Positions 35,668-43,869 of a stretch of 64,000 nt of DNA are shown piece by piece. The notes below the pieces were generated by a model. The model saw nothing but the letters and a program-made list of their open reading frames with translations. It was not told the DNA's origin and searched no databases. Made by a program: the position numbers and the translations under genes. Source of the DNA: a virus; the IMG/VR virus record IMGVR_UViG_3300032893_000036, positions 3,221 to 67,220 of that record. One strand, given 5' to 3'. Position 1 is the stretch's first letter, and every line of letters begins with the position of its first letter.

Positions 35668-36350
35668 CGGTAGTACCCGTTGAGCGCCGGAGACACGTAT
35701 GTGTTGGCGGTTTCAATGTTCTGACGACTCGCGATACCCCACGACTCATCGGCTGCGGCTTTGAGCCCTACCGCTCTATCTGGCGCCCATATGAGAGCCA
35801 ACCGCGCGGCCAATCCGAACACATAAGGTTCCAAAAAGTACCACGGAATTTCAACACTGGTTCCATTCGACAAAACAGAATCCTGAGTCTGCCTCAATCG
35901 ATAGTAACTAAACGATGCTTGCTGTCCATTTGGCACCAGCCATAGAGTCAAAGTCGGCGACAACAAACGGTTGAACCAGCATACGGTCGGGCTTCCCTGC
36001 TGTTGTTTATTTGGATAGTTAGCGTATTCAGTACGGCTAACTGGCGTCACAATCCGGTCAATGTTTTGCTGTCCATTGCTGATCGTGTAATACATGTCCA
36101 ACATGACTATGGTGTTGCTCGGAACGTCGTATGTGGCCTTCCCTTGCATCAGGGGAACCGTTTGCAAATCCACTTGCCAGAGGTTGACGCCGTCCGCGCT
36201 CCAGCGACCCATCATCATGTTGGTCGCCATGCGCGCATCTTCCATATGCTGCTGCGTGATCGCTGTTCGCCGCACGCCGCACATCCCAAAAGCGTATAGA
36301 ACCGCCTCCCCCATGGCAGGATCGAAGTCATAGGTGCCGGATGTATTCAC
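35664..36350 (-). CDS. tail tubular A / adaptor-like protein
   Basis: TSGTY.F, W...GVNLW, SRTEYA..PNK..QG.P. Confidence 0.75.
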   Translation of the reverse strand: MNTSGTYDFDPAMGEAVLYAFGMCGVRRTAITQQHMEDARMATNMMMGRWSADGVNLWQVDLQTVPLMQGKATYDVPSNTIVMLDMYYTISNGQQNIDRIVTPVSRTEYANYPNKQQQGSPTVCWFNRLLSPTLTLWLVPNGQQASFSYYRLRQTQDSVLSNGTSVEIPWYFLEPYVFGLAARLALIWAPDRAVGLKAAADESWGIASRQNIETANTYVSPALNGYYR

Positions 36351-36724
36351 GTTGACACCCCCGGCGACACGTTCACGTTCCCTTGCGTGAGCCGCGTCAC
36401 GGTTCCTGCGGCATCCGTCAGCAGCAAGTCATACACCCCGTTCCACCATGTAAACGTCGCGGTTGCAGATGCCGGAATGTCGATCGTGATAATTCCCGTC
36501 GGTCCGCCCAGCGTGATGTTCGAACTGGCGTCATACAGGATCGTTGTCGCGAGCGGGTACGGCAGGATCTGCAAGGTAGGCGTATATCCGGTCAGATCCA
36601 CCGGTAGCGTCTGCAACCCACCGTTGACCACCGGTTGCGGCGACAGCCACGTGAACGCCTGCAGGTAGGTCGCCCATTGCTTGATGCATAAATCAAACCG
36701 GAAGGTGCCGCAGCCGCAGTTCAT
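36347..36724 (-). CDS. virion structural protein (DLTGY beta-sandwich)
   Basis: PVDLTGYT...G.I.I.I....T....W..GVYDL...G.V.RL..G...VSPGV. Confidence 0.65.
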   Translation of the reverse strand: MNCGCGTFRFDLCIKQWATYLQAFTWLSPQPVVNGGLQTLPVDLTGYTPTLQILPYPLATTILYDASSNITLGGPTGIITIDIPASATATFTWWNGVYDLLLTDAAGTVTRLTQGNVNVSPGVST

Positions 36725-37929
36725 TGGATGACCGTTTTGTTAGGAGGCAAGATGCTCACAACTATGGGGATGTTGCTGATTAGAATACTCTCTACAATGG
36801 GAGTAGGTGACGGACCGTGCTGCGGACCCAGTGAAATTTCCAAAGTGACCGCTTCGCCAGTGAATACCAGCGTGTCCTTCGGAATCGACTGATAGACGAC
36901 CGTCAAGGGAGGAGCGCCGGAATACACATACTGCAAGGTGATAGTCGCCGCAAACAGCGATTCCAATTGCGCAATCGCCACATTCTGGAGCTCTCCGACT
37001 ACCCACGGCATGAATGTGAGGAGTTGTGGAGTAGCGAGAATGGCTGCTCCGCGTGTCCCTAGCTGCGTGCCCCAGAATTCGGGCGGCCATAGCGATATCG
37101 TGAATTGCGGCGGAGATCGAGGCACGGGAGGTGGTATTGGCGCCTGTCCACTCGCGATATCTGGAAAAGTCTGCGCAGGCCAGTCTTCCTGTGGCCAGAT
37201 TGAACGGAGTGCGGCAGCGAGCGATCGATTGATGTATGGGAGTGCCGCAGGCACCGTCGAAAACAGCGTGGCTATTCGAGGCGCTGTCTGTGCGCTCCAT
37301 TGTTCCTGAGTCCATTGCTGACCCTCAAGGTGCGGCACAGGCCGTGGCGTATAAATGGCCGGCTTCGGATACCAGCCAGCCGACTTCGGTCCGGTCTGCG
37401 CAGGCCAATCCTCTCGAGGCCACGTCGACACCAGCATGAGCAGGGTATCGCCATACCAATTCGGTGTGTAAATCGGCGGCAACTGGACTTGTGCAAGTCC
37501 CGAGGCAATGCCCGATTCCGATTGCGCATACCACTGTTCAGGATCCCAAAGCCCTCGAATGACAGCGAGTGCGGCAGGCCGTGAAGGGTATGCGATGGGA
37601 CCAGTGACTACTGATGCGAAGAAATTGGCGATATGAGCGCCGCGCTGCGCATCCCATGATTCGGACGGCCATGACTGGCGAATCGCCGCCAATACCGCCG
37701 GATTGGTAGCCGCAATGGCGACCGGAGGAACAAAGGGAGCGGCAAATTGTGCCGCAATGGTATCGCCACTCTGGGCCGCCCATGTTTCGGGCGGCCACAT
37801 TGAGCGAATCGCATCGAACAAAGTTCCGGGCCCAATCGGGTTGGGCGGGATATTCGACCGCGCCGCCGCGTTCGGCGGAAGATGTACAGCTGCCGGCTGC
37901 GGAGGCGGTGGGTTATACCAGTGCCCCAC
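36721..37929 (-). CDS. Trp/Pro repeat protein with C-terminal PASTA-like domain
   Basis: Seven W(P)xExWxAQ repeats; MPWVVG....A...LE...YS..P..TV..QS....T.V..G..VTL.IS.GP. Confidence 0.65.
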   Translation of the reverse strand: MGHWYNPPPPQPAAVHLPPNAAARSNIPPNPIGPGTLFDAIRSMWPPETWAAQSGDTIAAQFAAPFVPPVAIAATNPAVLAAIRQSWPSESWDAQRGAHIANFFASVVTGPIAYPSRPAALAVIRGLWDPEQWYAQSESGIASGLAQVQLPPIYTPNWYGDTLLMLVSTWPREDWPAQTGPKSAGWYPKPAIYTPRPVPHLEGQQWTQEQWSAQTAPRIATLFSTVPAALPYINRSLAAALRSIWPQEDWPAQTFPDIASGQAPIPPPVPRSPPQFTISLWPPEFWGTQLGTRGAAILATPQLLTFMPWVVGELQNVAIAQLESLFAATITLQYVYSGAPPLTVVYQSIPKDTLVFTGEAVTLEISLGPQHGPSPTPIVESILISNIPIVVSILPPNKTVIQ

Positions 37930-37948
37930 CGGCCAGACTCCTTAAGCT

Positions 37949-38437
37949 TTATGCCGTCTCGCGGAAGACCATTCCGGCGTTCCAATTACCCAAGCTTCCT
38001 GGAGCAGCCGGAAAGTGCAGCCCCATACCGGACGCCGCACCTGCGTTCAGCGTGTACGTCTCCGGCGGGGTGGGCACCCACAGCCAGCCGTTCACGATCG
38101 AAAAGGCATCCGGATACAGGATCGTCTTCGCGCCGGCACCTTCGGCCGAGGCGTTGACGCCCGCTGTGCCGGCTGCACCCGCAGATCCACCAGTAATCTG
38201 CGACGCTGGATCCAATAACCAGTTCTTCGCCGGCGTCTGCGAGGTCAGGGTCGGGAAGGCCGACACCTGCGTATTGATCTGAACGCGCTGCTGGGCGGTG
38301 TTGTTGGAGCTCGACTGCGATGCCCACATGCGCAGGAACTCAAGGGAGGTCGTCGTGCCCACGTTCACGAACACGAGGGAGACGGCTTGGTTGGCCAAGG
38401 TGAGATTAGCACCTGCGACCGTATACGTGCGGGCCAT
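37949..38437 (-). CDS. virion structural protein
   Basis: GGAG SD; beta-rich Ala/Gly/Thr composition. Confidence 0.6.
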   Translation of the reverse strand: MARTYTVAGANLTLANQAVSLVFVNVGTTTSLEFLRMWASQSSSNNTAQQRVQINTQVSAFPTLTSQTPAKNWLLDPASQITGGSAGAAGTAGVNASAEGAGAKTILYPDAFSIVNGWLWVPTPPETYTLNAGAASGMGLHFPAAPGSLGNWNAGMVFRETA

Positions 38438-38477
38438 AATTCAATTACTCCAGAGCGTTACGCTCAAGTTTAGGGTA

Positions 38478-38762
38478 CTACGCAAAGCTACGTCCCGTCC
38501 ATTGGCGCCAGCCTTGGACGGTAAAAACACGAATCTTGCCGTTGCGGCGCTCTATCCGGGACGCGACGGCGCCCGTTGGCTGTCCATTGCGGAGCACGCT
38601 GAAGGCGTACTCGCCGAATGGACCCGGCTGCATATCGGTCCCAAGACACCAGACCGCGCCCATCTCATCGAAGATCGTGAGTGCGGGCGGGCTTGAAACG
38701 TAATTTTCGGTAATGTGGAACTGCTCCTTTGGCGGGAGCATGTATGGCTGAATTATTGACAT
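38478..38762 (-). CDS. hypothetical protein
   Basis: Overlaps the upstream gene; typical codon usage. Confidence 0.55.
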   Translation of the reverse strand: MSIIQPYMLPPKEQFHITENYVSSPPALTIFDEMGAVWCLGTDMQPGPFGEYAFSVLRNGQPTGAVASRIERRNGKIRVFTVQGWRQWTGRSFA

Positions 38763-39451
38763 ACCTGAACTACCATCCCTCCGAGGGCCATTGGCGCATA
38801 GGGCACGTAGGCTGCTGCCACCGGCTTATAGACAGCTACCAGCGCTGCCCATTTTGAACTGAACGTGAGTGTTCCCCAGTTGGCGCCCGCGCCAGCAGTG
38901 CTTGTCAATGTTTGATAATTGACATCGGCATTGTCGCTTTTGATTCCGCTGATTTCAGTGTAGGTACCAGTGCCGCCAGTGGGCGGAAACGTACCGCCGC
39001 CGGAATTGAGAGCACCGTGCCAAATTACTGCGAAGGCCAATTCACTGATATTGGCTAGCGATGACGTCGCAGCCACACTCGGCGTTGCGTTGTTTCCGCC
39101 ATTGGTAGAAGTCTGATCGACTGCAACTGGTAGTACTTCAAATGCAACTATTGCGCCTTCGCTATTGGATGGAGATCCTGAACTAGCAGTCGCAGTGATT
39201 GTATGACTTCCAGCATTCACCGCCGTCAAGCGAAATAGTGCGGAGGTTGCAGCACCTCCGCTGTTGACGACTAGGTCGGATGAGTACGAGCCCTGCCCAT
39301 CAGAAACTGAGATAGTCGGACTAGATCCGCCAAGGTCCCCATGCGATACCGCCACTACGATGTGATTGTTTGCGGTAACACCTGTCAGCGTCACGCTGGT
39401 AGATAGCGATCCGTTGAAATGGCCTGGGCTGGATACTTGAACGGGGGTCAC
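38753..39451 (-). CDS. beta-sandwich virion decoration protein (paralogue of 43141-43869)
   Basis: Ser/Thr/Gly-rich; shares (V/I)SD..G..Y and AG...ITAT blocks with 43141-43869. Confidence 0.6.
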   Translation of the reverse strand: MTPVQVSSPGHFNGSLSTSVTLTGVTANNHIVVAVSHGDLGGSSPTISVSDGQGSYSSDLVVNSGGAATSALFRLTAVNAGSHTITATASSGSPSNSEGAIVAFEVLPVAVDQTSTNGGNNATPSVAATSSLANISELAFAVIWHGALNSGGGTFPPTGGTGTYTEISGIKSDNADVNYQTLTSTAGAGANWGTLTFSSKWAALVAVYKPVAAAYVPYAPMALGGMVVQVCQ

Positions 39452-39648
39452 TGCGAATTACCCTGACGAGAGTGATATTCCTCGGCGTGTGACTTCGCTA
39501 GGTTATGTACATGCGTAGTCCGATGATCGTACTCGTGCAATTTAGCCATGAAGATAGGAATCTGGTCTTTTGGCACTCCAAATCGCTCCAATTCCTCAGC
39601 ATACTTTTGTATGAACCAACCTACATTGCTCATGGTGACGTGTCCCAA
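39448..39648 (-). CDS. small hypothetical protein
   Basis: Fills the gap with overlaps. Confidence 0.4.
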   Translation of the reverse strand: MGHVTMSNVGWFIQKYAEELERFGVPKDQIPIFMAKLHEYDHRTTHVHNLAKSHAEEYHSRQGNSQ

Positions 39649-41549
39649 AGAGACGGGTTGACCAACGGCGTAACGAAGCCGCTATTTGCATTGACTAGTG
39701 CGGTAATAGATGTTGTATTCAAACAGATACTCGTCTGAAAATTCCATATCATAGATTTCGCACCATATCCGGTATGTGCTCCATGTGTAGTCAATGATTT
39801 CCGGGTCATCGTATCATCGAAGAATGCTTGATTAGATCCACTTGGCGGTGGGCACCCGGAGAAATTGGATCCGGTTCCCATACCCTGTCCTTCACAATTA
39901 TTTGTCGTATTTGCACTATCCCGAATGTCACCCAGAGACCCACTCACGCCCGCAATCAAATTCTGAAACGTGTTCGCCCATTGCGTCGAATGAGTGCCAT
40001 AACACGCGGGATCTGGACCACCATACAGAATGCCTGATGGATAGGCGCTATTCATCGATGTGTAGAAGTCTTGTAATCCATCAATCTCTTGTGTGCCACC
40101 ATCACTTGGGTAGTAAGACATCGGTGCCCATAGAGTGCGCCGAACGGTCCGGCTGCTCATGTTCGCCGCCAAGTTAAGATGCAGTGTCTTGAACTGCGAA
40201 ATGTAATTCGCGGCCGAGCAGATTGGTTTTCCGTTTATATCAACATTTGCGGTCTCTGATTCATCGGCAGTCATTAGCCTGTCAACGCGGATATCGGTAT
40301 CCAGACTATCGATAACATCCAACATGCCGGTATACATCTCTTGCAGTCTTGACCAGACTACCGGATTATCATTTGCGAGTTGACCGCGGCCAGCCGTATT
40401 GGGCTGGATGAATACCTGAACCATCGCTGGGCTGGCGCTGATGACCCAAGAAGGCCACATGGCAGTATCATTTACTTTGGCGGTAGAGAGAACGAATTGA
40501 CCGTCTGCACCAATTCCGGGAGAACCGTCGAGCGTGATAGTAGTCGATGTTGAAGATAGAACATTGCGAGTATTTCCACCGCAAGAACAGATCTTGCCTC
40601 CAGTACCAACACTGCCGAATCCGGTAGTTAGTGTAATCGTATTCCCGCTTACAGATGTCGCATTTCCGATAAATGTCGAATAGAACGCCCCTTGCCAAAA
40701 TTCGACATCAAGATAGATCTTCTTCGTCGTGCGAGCACGAAGCGTAGTTAGAACGTCAGTTAGATTGGTGCGGAAAATATTGAATGTCTGGGCTCCTCCA
40801 GTCAGTGTTGGATCGCTGATATTTGCCCATGTGAAAATGATCTTCACGCGATTAAAGAAGTTCGAAGTATTGGCAATGATTCCTAGATTGCTATTGAAAT
40901 CGGCTCTCTGATTGCTCTGAGGGCTGATCGTGTAGAAAGGATTGTTGAACCAGGCGCCGTGTCCTGGATGAAACTTAGGCAGAGTGCCGGTAGCTGACTG
41001 CGTCGTACCGGTTACTGGACCACTTTGTGCACCTTCACCGAATGAATTACTCCCCGATACGTTGTAGGTATAACTGGTGGACGCAGTAAGACCGGTATCC
41101 GTCGTTGATGTTCCCGCAATGCCGGTCTGTACTTTAGTACCATTGCGATACAGGTTGTACGTGCTTGCGCCCCCGACTGGCGCAGTCCAACTGAGCGACA
41201 CCGACGAACTCGTGGTCCCCGTGACCGCGAGTCCCGTCGGCGCATTCGGTACCGCACCCGTGGTGCCTGTCGTCTGATTGCTTCTTGAGCCCTCGCCGAG
41301 TGGCTTCACGCCAGTCACGTAGTACGTATACGAAGTACCCGGCGTGAGGCCCGTATCGGTGGTGGCCGTTGATACAATCCCGCTCTGTACCTGAACGCCA
41401 TTTCGGTACAGGTTGTACGTGCTTGCGCCCCCAACGGGCGCAGTCCAACCCAACGACACCGTCGACGTCGTACTGCCGGTCACCGCCAAACTGAGCGGCG
41501 GATTCGGCAGTGGTGAGCCGGTCGATTTCTGTCCTGGGAAACTAGCCAC
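39630..41549 (-). CDS. two fibronectin type III domains plus putative glycan-active domain
   Basis: Tandem FN3 (LAVTG.T...VSL.WTAP.GGA..YNLYRNG...TDTGLT..TSYTY.V); C-terminal KFHPGH...W......YGGPD region suggests a TIM-barrel glycoside hydrolase fold. Confidence 0.7.
   Translation of the reverse strand: MASFPGQKSTGSPLPNPPLSLAVTGSTTSTVSLGWTAPVGGASTYNLYRNGVQVQSGIVSTATTDTGLTPGTSYTYYVTGVKPLGEGSRSNQTTGTTGAVPNAPTGLAVTGTTSSSVSLSWTAPVGGASTYNLYRNGTKVQTGIAGTSTTDTGLTASTSYTYNVSGSNSFGEGAQSGPVTGTTQSATGTLPKFHPGHGAWFNNPFYTISPQSNQRADFNSNLGIIANTSNFFNRVKIIFTWANISDPTLTGGAQTFNIFRTNLTDVLTTLRARTTKKIYLDVEFWQGAFYSTFIGNATSVSGNTITLTTGFGSVGTGGKICSCGGNTRNVLSSTSTTITLDGSPGIGADGQFVLSTAKVNDTAMWPSWVISASPAMVQVFIQPNTAGRGQLANDNPVVWSRLQEMYTGMLDVIDSLDTDIRVDRLMTADESETANVDINGKPICSAANYISQFKTLHLNLAANMSSRTVRRTLWAPMSYYPSDGGTQEIDGLQDFYTSMNSAYPSGILYGGPDPACYGTHSTQWANTFQNLIAGVSGSLGDIRDSANTTNNCEGQGMGTGSNFSGCPPPSGSNQAFFDDTMTRKSLTTHGAHTGYGAKSMIWNFQTSICLNTTSITALVNANSGFVTPLVNPSLWDTSP
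41000..41500. repeat. DNA-level tandem duplication of the FN3 domain
   Basis: TACAGGTTGTACGTGCTTGCGCCCCC(G/A)AC(T/G)GGCGCAGTCCAAC occurs at about 41149 and 41407. Confidence 0.85.
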
Positions 41550-41552
41550 GTC

Positions 41553-41810
41553 TTACACAGGCGTCAGGGAATCCTTGCGGACTTCCTCGCTGCCCAATAC
41601 AGCGCCTTCGTCGTTGACGTAGTTCACGACGACGTGCTCGGCTTTCAGCTTTTGGTCGTCGCGAGACATCAGAGCCTGTTGGCCGACATCCAGATGACTA
41701 TGGTTCAACTTCGGATCAGTGTTTTGGATCAGCGTGTGCGGATTCGCCGGATTCGCGCCTTCCTGGATCACGCAGTGCCGACCGTTTGGGGCTTTGTATT
41801 TCTGGGTCAT
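41553..41810 (-). CDS. hypothetical protein
   Basis: GAGGT SD. Confidence 0.6.
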   Translation of the reverse strand: MTQKYKAPNGRHCVIQEGANPANPHTLIQNTDPKLNHSHLDVGQQALMSRDDQKLKAEHVVVNYVNDEGAVLGSEEVRKDSLTPV

Positions 41811-41833
41811 GGAATATCACCTCGGGTTGTAAA

Positions 41834-42424
41834 TTATGAACGGCGGACCACAGTCACGATGAGATCCTGCGCCGCTTCCTTCAAAAACTTGGCTGCGTAC
41901 ATCTGATAGTCGGAATTTCTGACAGCGACCTCGGGATGCCATGAGTAGCCGCCAGAATGATCGAAATCGCATTTGTAGCCACCGCTCATCCATTCGGCAT
42001 CTGTATGCGGGGCATTATTGGTTCGCCATTCCTTGTTGAGGTAGTAGTAACTCATCTCACACACCGGCGGCCATTGGTGCGTTGGATCGCCATACGCGCG
42101 GCCGGAAGCCCACCACGGCGTGACGATGGTCGCCTTGCCATTCGGGATCAGCACGCGGTACATCTCGTTGAAGATGTGCATGCGCTGGGGAGCGGTGAAG
42201 TGCTCAAGCACATGGGATGCGTGGATGTATTCGACGCTCGAGTCTTCCCACGGCCATGGTTTATATCGTTGGGTATCAACGTAAAACTCTGCTAAGTCCA
42301 AGACATTATCGACTCCGGGGAAGTTTCGGCTATCGACTCCGATGAAGCCCGGCTGTTTGTTTGGGCCGCATCCCAAGTCCAGTTTGAGTAGCTCTTTCGG
42401 TTTTTCTTCGACGACTGCGTTCAT
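41834..42424 (-). CDS. class I SAM-dependent methyltransferase
   Basis: KLDLGCG, GVD, PWEDSSV..I.ASHVLEH, E.YRVL.P.G, DPTH. Confidence 0.9.
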   Translation of the reverse strand: MNAVVEEKPKELLKLDLGCGPNKQPGFIGVDSRNFPGVDNVLDLAEFYVDTQRYKPWPWEDSSVEYIHASHVLEHFTAPQRMHIFNEMYRVLIPNGKATIVTPWWASGRAYGDPTHQWPPVCEMSYYYLNKEWRTNNAPHTDAEWMSGGYKCDFDHSGGYSWHPEVAVRNSDYQMYAAKFLKEAAQDLIVTVVRRS

Positions 42425-42427
42425 GGT

Positions 42428-43144
42428 TCACCAGCAAATATCGGTTGAGTGGTCGTAATGGCCTACCTTGATGTCGCACGCGATGGCGCAGCGATAGCCG
42501 TACTTTCTCGCATCGGACCAGAAGTAGAGATCCTGAGTCGAGATCCCGCCTTCCTTCTGGGTTTTGAACCACGGCTTGCGCAACTGAGGGTCCTTGAACA
42601 TCGCCAGACGAAACATGGTGAATCCTTGTCCGGTGCCGCAGCACTCAACAAGTCCGCCGTTTGGATCGGGCAACTGCGGCATGAAGTTTAGGACTTCTTT
42701 GGGGTTGCCCCATATCTGGGCGCACCCGCCTTCGCCCTTCGTGAAATACAATCCGCCAATGGCAGCGAATTCTGGATGTGCTTCCATCTTCTCAATCAGT
42801 TTTAGCACTCCGTCAGGTGGCGGCATGTTGTCATGCTCAATGCACAACAAGTACTCCCACTGACTCAACTCCGGATTCGCAAGAACCTGCTCGATCGCGT
42901 TGCTGTAAGCCTCGCCTACTTCCTGTCCGAGAGCCAACAACCTGACCACGCCGTTGTTAGGTGGAAACGCAAGCGACCAGTGCGACAAGGCGACCTTCGC
43001 GGGGATAAGATCGGCGCTTGGGATAACCACAACGATGCGCTGACGTTTCCACGAGCCACCCTTGAGGAGCCGCGACCGAGTCGCTTTCAAATCCTTGTTG
43101 TGCTCGCCTGCGCCGTCAAACTGGATTAGCTGGGGTTTTATCAT
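42428..43144 (-). CDS. GT-A fold glycosyltransferase (GT2-like)
   Basis: IVVVIP, YLLCIEHD (DxD equivalent), G.GF.MFR..MF, PWF, QDLYF...A...GY...CDIKVGH. Confidence 0.82.
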   Translation of the reverse strand: MIKPQLIQFDGAGEHNKDLKATRSRLLKGGSWKRQRIVVVIPSADLIPAKVALSHWSLAFPPNNGVVRLLALGQEVGEAYSNAIEQVLANPELSQWEYLLCIEHDNMPPPDGVLKLIEKMEAHPEFAAIGGLYFTKGEGGCAQIWGNPKEVLNFMPQLPDPNGGLVECCGTGQGFTMFRLAMFKDPQLRKPWFKTQKEGGISTQDLYFWSDARKYGYRCAIACDIKVGHYDHSTDICW

Positions 43145-43869
43145 GCTCTCCACCATGCGACGGTTGCCACCGGTGCACTGGCCATTTCAGTGTATGCTGC
43201 CGTCTCATTCCAAAAGAAGTCACCTTTGTTAGCAGCGGTGAGACTGAAAACAGCTGCTTGCGATCCGGTGCTGCCAAATTCAGCGTATACGGGTAATGCT
43301 ACGGCATTCGATCCGCCTGACCCCATGGCTTGCCATGTTGCCCCAAGCCCAGTCCAGCCGGTTCCAGCGACAGGTGGCCCAGTGGTCGCGCCCTCAGCAT
43401 TCGTGTCATGCAGGAAGCAAAATACCATGGCCGGAGCAGCAGAGACCGTAACGCTTGATGCCGTGTAATTGTTGGTTCCAGCAGTGCCACCGCCTTGTAT
43501 TTCTGCGCCCGTGGCGGTTTGGAATGGCGTGGATGTCAGTCCGCTCACATTCACGGCCCAAATGGCAACTAAGGTATTGCCGGTGGACGTGGCTGTTATC
43601 TGCGAAGTACCTGCGTGAGTCGCGCCCACGCAGTCATAAAGACAGATGCCTTGACCACCTCCACCGTGTCCTGAACCGTCCCGCAGCTGGTAGGTATTGC
43701 CGAGCGTGTCGCTGATAGTTGTTGCCGCTAGACCAGAAATAGATCCGCGGCAGACGACTAAAATAGTATCGTTCAACGAGATTGTGAGCGATCCCGTCGT
43801 TGTAACTGGATTGGAATTAACGCCGGAGGCATTCGAGAACTGCACCGGGGTACCAAATGATAGGCTCAT
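43141..43869 (-). CDS. beta-sandwich virion decoration protein
   Basis: Thr/Gly/Ala-rich; ISDTLGNTY. Confidence 0.6.
   Translation of the reverse strand: MSLSFGTPVQFSNASGVNSNPVTTTGSLTISLNDTILVVCRGSISGLAATTISDTLGNTYQLRDGSGHGGGGQGICLYDCVGATHAGTSQITATSTGNTLVAIWAVNVSGLTSTPFQTATGAEIQGGGTAGTNNYTASSVTVSAAPAMVFCFLHDTNAEGATTGPPVAGTGWTGLGATWQAMGSGGSNAVALPVYAEFGSTGSQAAVFSLTAANKGDFFWNETAAYTEMASAPVATVAWWRA

Noticed and set aside
41000-41500. Diversity-generating retroelement TR/VR pair
   Set aside because: The repeat is an in-frame FN3 duplication, differences are not adenine-specific, and there is no reverse transcriptase.
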